This document shows positions 21,493 through 33,042 of a stretch of 64,000 bases of DNA, in pieces (the stretch's first letter is position 1; each line of letters starts with the position of its first letter). A program made the translations under genes and the position numbers. The stretch comes from Selaginella moellendorffii (Eukaryota; Plantae; Lycopodiophyta), in NCBI RefSeq assembly GCF_000143415.4, contig NW_003314268.1, positions 2,000,494 through 2,064,493 on the forward strand, in the 5' to 3' direction. Under the pieces are notes generated by a model. That model worked only from the letters and a program-made list of their open reading frames with translations, ran no database searches and was not told the DNA's origin.

Positions 21493-22289
21493 CTACAAGA
21501 CGGCTTTCTTCTTGGGGACGAGTATCGGCGGCTCGATATCTATGCCCATGTTGGCAGCGGTCCCCGCAATGATTCGCATAGCCGAGTCGATGGACGTGCA
21601 GTTGAGGTCGGGGAGCTTTTCCTTGGCTATGTCTCTCACTTGATCCGCCGTCACCTTGCCCACTTTGACCCGCTTGGGCTCGTTGGAACCCTTCTCGGCG
21701 CCTGGAGCGAATTGTCACACATAATAAGCATATGGCCGCGCAGGGGAAGAGGGACGACCAAACCTGCGGCTTTAAGGAGTAGCACTGACGCCGGAGGTGT
21801 CTTGAGGATGAAGGTGAAGCTCTTATCCTGCATTTGGCGACATTTCAGTCACTCGACTAGGAGGAGAGAGGTAGCTCACGTCGAAGACTGTAATCTCCAC
21901 GGGGATAATGTAGCCGGCCTTGTCGGCCGTCCTGGCGTTGTATTCCTTGCAGAAGGCCATGATGTTAACGCCCTTGGAACCCAGAGCAGGGCCGACCGGA
22001 GGAGCCGGCGTCGCCTTGCCCGCTTGCAATGCCAGCTTCACCATGCCCGTCACTGCACTAGCTAGTTATAACGCACATCACTCGTTCAAGCTGCCATACC
22101 CTTTTTGGCCTTGCCGGATGGCTTGGGAGGCGCCATGGCAAACACCTGGACTCCAACCCCGCCGCCCAGCCGTCCCCGGCCGCCGCCACCATGGGCCCTG
22201 CTCGGCGCCCTCCACGGTGCCAAGCACCTGTCACTGCCGGTGCCTCTCAGGAATGTGGAAGCTGCTGCGCCTCCCCACACAGCCGCCAT
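21493..22289 (-). CDS. RPL11: Plastid 50S ribosomal protein L11 (uL11c) with transit peptide
   Basis: [35 protein letters not shown] and [18 protein letters not shown]-terminus [18 protein letters not shown]. Confidence 0.96.
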
Positions 22290-22381
22290 GGCCGGACCAA
22301 AGTGCAGTGTATATTTACACGCCGTTGGATAAAACAATGCTTAGGTCCAACAATCTTAACGTAAGAGTGTTGGCTGGCTGA

Positions 22382-23309
22382 CTAGAGGAGCTGCACGGCG
22401 GCGATCATGGGGATCTTCTCCCGCAGCTTCTGCGTCACGGCCACACGAACAGTCATGACCCCGGCTGCAGGACCCTCGATGCGTATCTTCACCACCGGCC
22501 CATCGATCTTGACAAGCGTCAGCTCCCCTCCGCCAGTTCCCACCAAGTAAGGCCGTATCTCCGACAGTATCTGCGCACGAGGCTGTGTGACACCAAAGCA
22601 TGGAGAGCCCCCGGAAGCTTACCTTGTCAACGTTTTCCTCTGTCAGCTCAAGCCCCGTCTCCGTGTCTTGCACCTGCTCCACGCCGATTATCTCCGGGAT
22701 CTTCTCCTTGAGCCGGGCTTCGATCCCCATCTTCATGGTCATGAGCGAGCTGGGACAGGATCCGCACGCCCCTTGCAGCTTCAACTTGACCACCAACCCG
22801 TCAATCTCCTCCAGCGCCACGTTTCCCCCGTCGGACATCAAGTACGGCCGGACTTCGTCCAGCACCATCTCCACATTCTCCTCCGTCAGTGCCAGGCCAT
22901 CGTCCGTGGCCGCCGTCTCTTGCGTTGCCACAGCAGCTCGCACCTCTGCCAAGATAGATATATGTATTTGTATATGACACGGGCCGCTCATTCGTCAATT
23001 ACCTGATCTTGTCCGACCGCCTCTTTGAGCGAACGAGGTTGCTACTGCTGTAATGGTGACGGGATGATGAAATCCACTCGCGCAGTCGTGCGGCTGCCAT
23101 AAAGCAAGAGATTTGTGTATGGAGAGCTTACTTACACGAGAATTGGACCGTCTGGGCAGGCGTCCGCCGGCTTGCAAACCCGCGCGGCACAAGGAGGAGG
23201 AGGAGGAGGAGGGGGGAGAGGAGGAGGAGGGAAAGGAGGGGCGGAGCGGTGCGCAATTGTGATGAGGATGATAGCGCACCTGAAACTGGGCGGCTGCTGC
23301 GGCAGCCAT
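22382..23309 (-). CDS. Plastid NifU-like Fe-S scaffold (NFU2/NFU3 type, two NifU-C domains)
   Basis: [39 protein letters not shown], followed by a second degenerate NifU domain ending AAVQLL*. Transit-peptide-like N-terminus. Confidence 0.93.
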
Positions 23310-23454
23310 GAAATCGAAATTGGATGCTCTGCTACAACCCTAGGTAGGGCACCTAAATAAAAAGGCCACGTGGCAGCTGCAAATAGAGCAAGGGTTTTGT
23401 TGTTTCTCGTGTCTTGCCACAAGCAACGCAGCGCGTCTAAGCTAGATCGACTCC

Positions 23455-24193
23455 ATGACGACACTGGTTGGAGCTCCCAAGCCGCTCAAGGAGGCAAACA
23501 GCTTGGAGGCTGAAGAGCACGCCAAGTTTGCTGTGGAGGAGCACAATCGCCAGGTACGTTTTTTTTGTGTCCGGTTGGGGGATAATCTCATTCATTGTGT
23601 GGCTTTGCAGAACCCAGAGGCGAATCTGTGCTTCAAGAGGGTGGTGTCTGCTCAGACACAAGTGGTGTCTGGAACCATGTTCCACTTGAGCATCGAAGCT
23701 CACTCTGAGCAGCATGGTACCGGCGTCTACGACGCCAAGGTGTGGACAAAACCATGGGAGAGCTTCAAGAAGCTCGAGGATTTCAAGCCTTCCAAACAAG
23801 GTTCGGACTTGTTCTTCCTTGTGTGTGTGTGTCGAGCTGCTTCTCTTGTTGCTCTCCAGAGGCTGCCGGTGCTGCCATTGCGCTCGATGATCCCGTGGTG
23901 ATCAACGAGGCAGCCGAGCATGCTTTGAAGGGTCTTCAGCAGAGATCCAACTCTCTCATCCCCTACGAGCTTGACCATGTCGTCAAAGCTCAGGCGGAGG
24001 AGGTTGAAATTGACACACACCGACCATCCGATAAGGTTCTAATGTGCTTTCACTGTTTCTCTCGCCGCTGCAGGGAACGAATGCTCTGGATCTCGTGCTT
24101 AAGGTGAAGCGGGGTTCTCGGGAGGAGCACGTCAACGCTAAACTCCACCGTGGCGACACCGGTTGGACCCTTACAAGCGCTCATGTTTTATAA
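23455..24193 (+). CDS. Phytocystatin with C-terminal extension
   Basis: HAKFAVEEHN, QVVSG and VWTKPW motifs. The second domain contains SNSL. Confidence 0.93.
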
Positions 24194-24372
24194 TTACCTT
24201 ATACCCACCACTACCACCACCCTCTCTACACTATAGAATTTACGAATAAAGACGTGTGCTTCCTCTTTTCCCTCCCAGCGTAGTCGCGTCGCATGTCGAT
24301 GCACGATCACTTCCACCCGACGATTTAAGTTGCCCTCTCCCGAAGGCACTGAGAGCAAGATCTCTTTGCAAC

Positions 24373-24648
24373 ATGAAGGCGCTAGTATGTTCTCTTGTTC
24401 TTGCCCTCCTTGTGCAGCAGCTGGGAGCACAGCAGCAGCAGCAGCAGCAGCAGCAGGCATCCCAGCCCCTCTACATAAGCTACGCATCTCTGGTGGCCGA
24501 CAGTGTCCCCTGCCCGCCACAGAGCGGCCTTTCCTACTACAACAACAACTGCAGCAGCATCAGCATCAACAGCAGCAACCAGACGGCTGTGGTACCTTCG
24601 GCCCGGGGCTGCTCCGTCATCACCAGGTGCGCCAGGGACACAAGTTGA
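24373..24648 (+). CDS. RALF: RALF-like secreted peptide precursor
   Basis: Signal peptide MKALVCSLVLALLV, YISY motif, VPCP..SYY..C and RGCSVITRCAR (four Cys). Intronless. Confidence 0.9.
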   Translation: MKALVCSLVLALLVQQLGAQQQQQQQQQASQPLYISYASLVADSVPCPPQSGLSYYNNNCSSISINSSNQTAVVPSARGCSVITRCARDTS

Positions 24649-25641
24649 TCACGCCACGAGTGTGTAATATACGATGAATAAATTGTAGAGCGAGTGAATT
24701 CCCAGGCAAGCACCCAAGTCTCCAGTCTTTGCATACACGGTTCCCAGAATGCAGCCGAAAACAAACAGCACTAGCGTCTCTTCAGGTGCCTTGAAGTGAA
24801 CCAGAGAGAAAATCAACGAGCTGGTGATAATGGCCCACGGAGGAGATGCATACGCAGCCAGAGACGTGAGGACAAATCCCCGGTATACGAATTCCTCGAG
24901 CAAAGGGGTGATGCCACAACAGACAGCGACGGTGGCACATAGAGAGACGCCACCACTGGCCAGAAGCTCCTTCAGCGCCGGATCGTAGTGGTTATTTTCG
25001 AGATATACCTGCTCCATGATTCCATGGTGGTGTGAGAAGGAAATCAATCACATGCTAGACTCACCGACGTGCCAGGCTTAGCTAGAGCCCAAAGGATGAC
25101 GCTAGAGAGAGCAATCACGGCTGCAAGGAGACAGCCTCTACGTCCGCTTAGCATCTGATCAAAGCTCATACACGTCAGTCTAGTATCAAACTGCCTGATG
25201 CTCGACTCAATAAGCCAGACCGCCCCGCACAATTCAGCACTCTGCAACACGACCAAGGAAATTGCCTGTACAAAACAAAACAGAAGAGAGCACGCGCTAT
25301 GAAAGTTGGAAACACAGCAGTTCATGTTTACCTTCACCTGGGGATCAAGCCCACAGTCCCTGCTTAGCATAGTTGAGACGATAGAAAGGCCGCTGTAGCT
25401 GAGCGGAACGTGTAATCCACCCAAGTAGATTATCATCGTGCTACCCACCACGCCACAACTCCATGGAGCAGCCCGCAGTTTCACCTACATCTCAAAAACT
25501 TCTTATCAGCCCAATTGCAGAGGTTCAGCCAGTTACCTTGGCATCCCTGTTTGCCGCTCCGTTAGAGCAGCAGTAAAGCTTGTGCCTTGCCGCCAACACT
25601 GAGCTCCATGAGCTATGGCTTAAAGTCAGCGCCTGAATCAT
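24649..25641 (-). CDS. CAAX prenyl protease 2 / Abi (CPBP) family membrane protease
   Basis: PLLEEFVYRG (EExxxR), FSLVH (FxxxH) and HSLYN (HxxxN) motifs. Multi-exon. Confidence 0.88.
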
Positions 25642-25932
25642 CCCTACTCAGTTCTATATGATACAGAAAACCTGAACTCTGTCCATTGATCGAGGCAGTA
25701 ACAAATATATTGTAAAAAAACCGTGCGAAAAAAAATTAACAACCTGCGATCAAAAGCGAGCGTGATACCAATTTCGCTCGAAACTCATTGGCTATGCTTA
25801 CCGCACTGGGGTGAAGTCGGCAGCTTACACTTTGCCCGGTGTTCGAGCTGCACCATCAAAGTTTATTGCGACGGCTATTTTACACGATGCAGCAGCTTCT
25901 CTTGTTCCGGCTGTGTCATACAGATGTTGCAA

Positions 25933-28256
25933 TCACGTCATTTGGTCAGTACATAAAAACTGCTCCATTGTTGTTTTTACGCGATCCTGGATTGGAAAAA
26001 CTCAAAGTCAGCCGAGAAAGGAAAAAAAAAAAAAAAAACAACGATTACCTTCACATCTGTGCATGGATCGTCAAACATTTTCTGCAGTTGCAGCTGAATG
26101 CCAGCATCCCGAAGCCTTGCCACTCGAGTGCCAACCCCAGGACTCTCGGGGAAGCTCAAGTTTGATATACACCAGACTGCGGCAACACGAAGTTGCGGGT
26201 TGCTCATGTCCAGCAAAAATTTGATAAGGATCGATACACTGCGGTCGCCAGTCAAAGCTGGAGCAACAAAGTCCATAACAGCATCCTTGTGGTATTCGTT
26301 GCCTGCAGCAACGTTACTCAGGACATATAGTGCCTGTCAACACCCATGGAAATCTTAGCACAGAGAAGTCAAGCAAGTATGAAGAGGACCTGTGTGCATA
26401 TTTCGGGTCGAGTTGCAACACAAAGCTGTCTCTCCACGGCATGCAATATAGCAGCGTCAGCCGCAAATATCTGTTGCACGGAGGCGACACTGCCATACAC
26501 TAAGTTCCGAACGAAGGCCAGTGCTTGCTCTTGTACCATCTCCTCGGAATCTGTAAGCAGAAAAGGCAAGTAATCAGTATGACAGCTTCAATACGGGTAC
26601 GACGGCGTGTGGAGTACCACAAACCAGGTCGACTAGTGTTGACACGGTCAATTCCCTCATTACTTTCTCCTTGACGCTCATGTCTGCCAAGTAAAGAAGG
26701 TTCCTCAGAGCCCAAACTGCATTCAGCCTGAGCATCGGCTCCATGGATAACGCTAGCTGGATAAGTTGGCTTACACCACCGCATTGAAAAAACACTGCTT
26801 TATGTGGTGTGAAGTCGAGCACAACGTTGCTCACGGCACTTAGCGCAGATGCCTGGACTGCCGGGGACGGATCATTGAGCAGCCTGAAGAGAGGCCACAC
26901 CAATCGCTCATCGGTCAAAGTTGTACGTAAATTCTGCGAGTGAATTTAGTTCAGTACAATTACCATAAACGAGAGCCAAAAAAAGGAGAGGAAAGGATGA
27001 GTACCTTGACAGACCGAGAGATGCTCTTGATGCAAGCGCAGGCAGCTATTCGAACTCCTTCTGATTCATGTCCCAAAGCCATTGCAATGGAGCACTGTGC
27101 CTGCCAGGAAAGGTAAGTTAGATACATTGTTCACTGGAAAGTAAAAAACAGCACGCCTGGAGCTCGAGGAGCTTTCTCCGACTATCCTCCAGCCGAGAGC
27201 ACAACTCGGCGAGTGCCATGAGAACTCCTTCCAGCTGCTTCTCTGGAACACAGCTTCTTTGAAGAACCTCGGCAAGTCTTTCGATGATGTTAAAATCGTA
27301 GGCTGTCTTCTGAAGCTCCTCGTTGTTCGCAACCAAATCTGCCAAAACTCCCGGTGCTTCTTCACCTACTTGGCCGTTCTCGTCAATAAGTTTGCCAACC
27401 GTCGAGAGAATACTCTTTCGAATGTCCCACTCTTGCTGATAAGCTCTGCCGATATTCGAGAGACACATGCAGGCTAGCAGGCGTGCCCTGGGTGACTTGT
27501 CCTTCATCGTCCTGCTGATGGTGGAGACGGCACCAGTGGCGGCCAATGCAGCAGAAGTGTCCGGGTTACCTCTTGTAAGTGCTGCCAATGCATCCAGAGC
27601 GGCCTCTTTTCTCTTGGGACTCCCGGACAAAAGGAAAACCAGGCTCTGCAGGCAGCCGGCGTCGGCCAGTGCTTTCTGGTGCTCGCTGGTCTCGCAGCAT
27701 CGGGCTAACACACTGGCAGCAACCTCGGACACGTTCTCGTTGCCACTGTTCAAGAGTGCTAGAATGAGGTCGATCCTCCGGCCTTGGAACATGTCATTTT
27801 TGGGGGCGAGCGTGGATTGGAATATCATCTTGAGAGACCGGGCGCTGGCCTCGACGACCTGGAACGTAAGCAAAGAGAAAGGGAGTTAGTTTTAGAGGAC
27901 AGTGGCAGGCGACGGTGGAGTGGCACTGCTACCTTGTTGTTGCCATTGGAGAGCATCCTGAGCAAGTGGGGGAGTACTCCACTGTCGAGCACAGCCTTGA
28001 CGCCAGCGTCAGTTCCACATGCGAAGCTCCCAACCGCGGCAGCCGACTGGACCAGGAGTGGAATGTCGGTGTCACTGGCAAGGATCTCCACAACTCTTGG
28101 AACAGCTCCCAGCTTTATGTAGGACAGCTTCTTGGTCTTGTTGCCAATTATCTGGTTCTTCACGTCCCGGAGCGCCTTGAGCCGCGCGCTGGTGTCGAGC
28201 GAGCTGAGGCTCTCCACCAGATCTTCGGGCTTGGTGCACACCGCGGACGCCGGCAT
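25933..28256 (-). CDS. ARMC8: Armadillo repeat-containing protein 8 (ARMC8/GID5-like)
   Basis: MPAS..LKALRDVKNQIIGNKTKKLSYIKLGAVP, followed by ARM repeats (SNVVLDF, AVWALRNL, AVWCISNL). Confidence 0.9.
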
Positions 28257-28782
28257 TTTGGTCTTGGAGGGGAGAGAATCAGGCGGAGGCTTCATCTAGC
28301 ATGAGAGGGCAGCAGCAGTGTCACTATTGCTTTGCCCCAACAATTGACCATTCCCAGCTGACATTCCATCATTCCTGCTCGACTCATTGACGAACTAGCT
28401 ACCACAATCTTACCCGCGCACGCTGCTGCTCTACAGAGCCTCTACTGACTTATTAGCTAGCCCACGCACAAGCACTTGATTCCTACAGTCATGTTGTCGC
28501 CAGTCGCCATGGGGATGGATCCAACCCAATTCCGAGAAGCGAGTCGCGAGAGAAGAAAGGAAAGAATGGCGCGGGCGCGGCCCTTGAGCGCTCAAGGGAC
28601 AGACGCGACGCTCTCCTCCGTGTGCCCTAATTTTATGGAGAAATTAAGAAAAAAAAAAAGAATGGTGGCCATGGGACTTATGGCCGATATTCACAAGTGG
28701 CCACACCACTCTATCCACTACTTCGCGTACGGTTCTAGGGTTTATCGCAAAAGCCCGCATTTGGTTGCTTTGTGGTGGAGGA

Positions 28783-30452
28783 ATGGCGAACGCTGCGGAT
28801 GGCGATGGCCTCGTGGATCTGGAGCTCATCATGGACGCCAATCTCTCCTCCAGCTCCATTGCTCATGCCACATTGGGTGCCGCGCCCCCACCGGAGGAGC
28901 TGGAGGTGGAGCTGCACAGCGAGGTAGTAGACAAGCCGGCGCAGCGGCATTTCATTCCTTGCGGCAACCTGGCCTCGCTGTCCCTGGCGCTCAACACGCT
29001 GATGCCGCTCTCCTCCAAAGTTGGGGTTTTACCTCGCAAGCTGCTCGCTAAGCCTCCTGCCAATCTCCCTTCGCAGAAGAAGGCCAACTCGCCAATTCCC
29101 GTGGTGCCATCTTCGAAGCTCAAGTTTGGGCTGGATGTGGAGCCGCAGCAGCAGCAGCAGCAGAGCAGCGCCAGCAAGATTTGCAGCTCCGCCACCGCGT
29201 TCCCGGACTACCAGATGCTGCCGAGGTCGGGCAGGAGGTATGGCAACCCGGCAGCTGGTGCCGGCATGAGACGTGCGTCCATTGTGTGGTTTAGGAACGA
29301 CCTTCGCGTCCACGACAATGAAGCTCTGGCCGCCGCAAACAAGGAGTCACTGTCTGTCATCCCCGTCTACTGCTTCGACCCCAAGGACTATGGCAAGTCC
29401 GCGTCCGGTTTCGATAAGACGGGGCCATACAGGGCCAAGTTTCTCGTCGAGTGCGTTGCCAACTTGCGGGACAACCTGAGGGAGCGGGGCTCGGAACTGG
29501 TGGTGAGGATTGGCAACCCGGTGGAGGTCTTGTCCACCATCGCCAAAGCTGTGGGAGCCGACGGGCTGTACGCTCATCAGGAGGTGTCGAGCGAGGAGCT
29601 GGGCATGGAGGACAAAGTCACATCTGCACTCAAGGACCAGAATGTAGACGTTAAGTTCTTCTGGGGAAGCACGCTGTTTCACGTCGATGACCTGCCCTTC
29701 AAGGTCGAGGATATGCCTTCCAACTATGGAGGCTTCCGCGACAAGGTCAAGGACGTCCAGGTTCGAGCGGCGACTGAGGCTCCCAAGCAGCTCAAGGGAC
29801 TTCCATCGCAGGGTGACGTGAAAGCAGGAGACATTCCCAGCCTGCAAGAGCTTGGGCTCAGCCCCGTTTCTGCTGCAGGGCAGGTATGACACCGTGTTTG
29901 ATTGATTGTATGCCAAAACTATGTGGTGAAAGCAGGAGAAGCACAAGCGAAATCGAATGATCGGCGGTGAGGTGGAGGCACTCAAGAGATTAAAGAGCTT
30001 CTCCTTGGTTTCACCGCCACCATCCAAGGGCGGTAAGGAGAACAGCATTTACGGGGCCAACTTCTCCTCTAAGATATCGCCATGGTTGGCAATGGGCTGC
30101 CTCTCGCCCCGGAAGATGTTTGAGGACTTGAAAAAGACAACTAGCAGGTTCGTCCTTGATAGCGTGGTTGCAAGTAGTTCGAGCGACTTATCACTTGGAA
30201 ATGTGCAGATTGGTACCAAAGCCAACACCAACATCCGTAGCGCCATCTTCAGCAGCTAGCGGTGACTCCGGAATGCAGTGGCTTGTCTTTGAATTGCTCT
30301 GGAGGGATTTCTTCAGGTAAGCCTGTTCCTTTCTGAGTCGCGAGTAGTCTAGACTGTCATTAATCTGCTTGTGTTTCAGGTTTGTCACCAAGAAACACGG
30401 CGCTGCCAAGAAGACTCAAACGGAAGCTGTGCCAGCTATGGCGTGCGCCTAG
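28783..30452 (+). CDS. PHR2: Blue-light photoreceptor PHR2 (photolyase/cryptochrome-like, truncated FAD domain)
   Basis: RRASIVWFRNDLRVHDNEAL, FDKTGPYRAKFL, YGANFSSKISPWLAMGCLSPR and WLVFELLWRDFFRF. Confidence 0.93.
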
Positions 30453-30537
30453 AAAATTTCCATTTTGATGGCAAATTTTCTTTTTTTTTTTTTCCTTCTT
30501 ATTTTGTTCCGCTGTTTTTTACAGTCCCGGTTTCGTT

Positions 30538-31578
30538 TCAGAGTGTTCTAGCTTTGATCCCTACTCGACGAACTTCCAACTTGAAGGGCCTCTCCTCCTC
30601 ACTCCATGGCAATTCCCGAGGGAACTCGAGGGCCGCCGCCACGCGCATCTTCGTGAATCTGCCCAGCTCTATGACGTTGTCCTCGAACAAGAGACCTTGG
30701 CAAAGTTTAGAGGAAACAGGGAAGCAAACAGGTTGGTCGAGCAGGAAATGGAGAGGCATGTCGTAAACGTACCCCCTGGAGTGAAGTGAATGCCAGTGCC
30801 GCCGATGTTGTAGACGTTCACCATGAGGCGAGGGCCGGAGGCCGGGTCCAGCATCTTGTCGGGGCTAGCGAGGGGTATTCTGCGCTCCAGAGGGGAGTTA
30901 GATGTGCATGCGATGCGACAACACACCTGCAGCGAACGTCGATCCCGAGGTGTGTGTAGGAGGAGGGTGGCAGAGGCCATTTGCGGCGCAGCTCAATCGC
31001 GGGCAGCGGGAGGAGGTGTAGCGATGCATGCTTGGCTCGCAGCCTGAGCTTGGGCTTCACCTCTCCCTTGTCCACCTCAAACTCCCCGCCGATCCCCAGG
31101 TTGAGCCGCCAGGGATCCGGAGTCTCTTTACGCGTGCTCAGCTCCCACACCTGGTGAATCCACGACCGCAGTATAACAAAATGTGGTGGCATCTTCATCC
31201 AAATCCTACCTGCATCACCTTGAGACGAGCTTGAGCCCTGGTTGCCTCCACCCCGTCAGCCCATCCGCCGCTGCTCTCTGCGTCTCGTTCGTTGACGAGG
31301 TAGCCATGCCCGGACGACACCAGGCGGCGGTGAGACGGTGGCGGCGACGAGCTCCTGCTTCGTGTTGCTTGGCGGCGGCGCCTCCTGAGGAGAGGGGGGC
31401 CGTCGTAGGTGATGGAGGCCCTCCTGAGATCCACGGTAAGCACCGTGTAGGACGACGTCCACAGCCGCCTCGCAAAGCCTGCCATGGTGTCCACCAGCCG
31501 CATCCCCAGCGTCTCGTCGCCGCCATAGTCACCACCGGCATAGTAGGCAGGAGGAGGTGATGGTTCCTCCATTTCCAT
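30538..31578 (-). CDS. Hypothetical beta-strand-rich protein, four predicted exons
   Basis: Four ORF segments join in frame across GT-AG introns (..RLKVMQ|VWELST..DVRCR|IPLASP..HFTPG|GLLFED..ARTL*). No family recognised. Confidence 0.65.
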
Positions 31579-31590
31579 TTGTTTAGGGCA

Positions 31591-32986
31591 ATGTTGTGGG
31601 CGATCTTGTCACTGCTGCTGCTGGTGGCGGCGGAGCACGACGAGGGGCGGCTGTGCCGGCGGGGAGCAGTGGTGGAGCTGGACGGATCCAACTTCGATGC
31701 AGCCATCTCCGAGTGCCGCAACATCCTCGTCGATTTCTACGCACCCTGGTGCTCGCATTGCAATGCACTCTCTCCCCAGGTAGCCCTGCCTTGCTCCTTT
31801 TGCCTCTCACACAATGCTACCATCAGCTGGACGAGGCGGCCTCGCAGCTGGCGAGTGAGCCCGAGGAGCTCACGCTCGCCAAGATCAACGTCGACAAGTT
31901 CACGGCCATCGCATCCAGATACAAGATCAAGTAATTGTCCGAGCGAGCTTCCTTCTTCTACTTATTAGGAGTGTGTGGTGGACGCAGTGAGTATCCAACT
32001 CTGAAGCTCTTCGTGGATGGAATTCACACGGACTACCGAGGCCCACACAAAGCCGAGCTCATGGTGGCGCACCTGAGAAGGATGCTGGCACCACCTCTCT
32101 CGACTCTACAGTCTCCATCAGCTGTCAAGCAGTTTGTGGAGCGGGCGGGCGATAAGCTCCCTGTCTTCGTCGGCTTTGGAGTGGAGGTTTCTACACTGGC
32201 TGAGCTAGCACAAGGACATAGACTGAGAGCATGGTTTGCTACAGTTGATCAAGAAGGCTCGGCATCAGAGTTGGATTTGCTTTCAAGCGACTACGGGCTG
32301 ACGGTGCTTCCAGCTTTGCTTGTTCAGCACTCCTCCATGAACGAACAAGCTGTGTTCCACGGGCCTTTCCAAGGTACAAGCCTTCTGTTTCTGCGACCTT
32401 TGACCCTCCATGGACGCTCTTTTCTAGCAGGGGAGGGCTTGGCCTCGTTCGTGAGGCATAACCTCTTGCCTCCGGTGACAACCTTGACGTATGACAACTT
32501 GGAGCTTGTTAAGGCGGATGGGAGGCCAGTTGTCTTGGCCATTGTTACAGGTGCTGGAGTTTTCAACCACATGAAAGAACTGGCTCGGGAGCACCCCGAG
32601 ATGCTTTTTGCACTGCTCAACTCTTCCTCTCCTCTCGCTGACATCTTTTACGCATCAAAAGTGCTTGTTTGGGACGGCAAGACGTATTTCTACACGGTAT
32701 GTTATTTGCGTACGCTGTTTCAAAAACTTAGCCAATGTCCTTTAAGCAGCGCTTGCATGCGGAGGTATCGGAGAATGAAGTGGAAATGGGTGGGCAGATA
32801 TCGGCTTTGGTGGAGGATTTCAAAAACAACAAAGTCAAGAGAAGTATCATTAAACAGCCTTCATTCATGGAACAACTGATGGGCTTCATTGGACAGAACG
32901 TCTTGTACATTGTCTTGTTCTTTGTAACCATTGTGGTGTTTCTACAGAGCATGGACTGGGCTCAACCTGGAGCTGCCCGTCATTGA
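31591..32986 (+). CDS. Protein disulfide isomerase-like (PDIL5/TMX3 type) with C-terminal TM helix
   Basis: Signal peptide, VDFYAPWCSHC, EYPTLKLF and C-terminal VLYIVLFFVTIVVFL. Confidence 0.9.
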
Positions 32987-33042
32987 TAGCTATGCAGTGA
33001 GTTTTGATTGGGACTACTCTACTCTATATATGAAGTGTTGAA

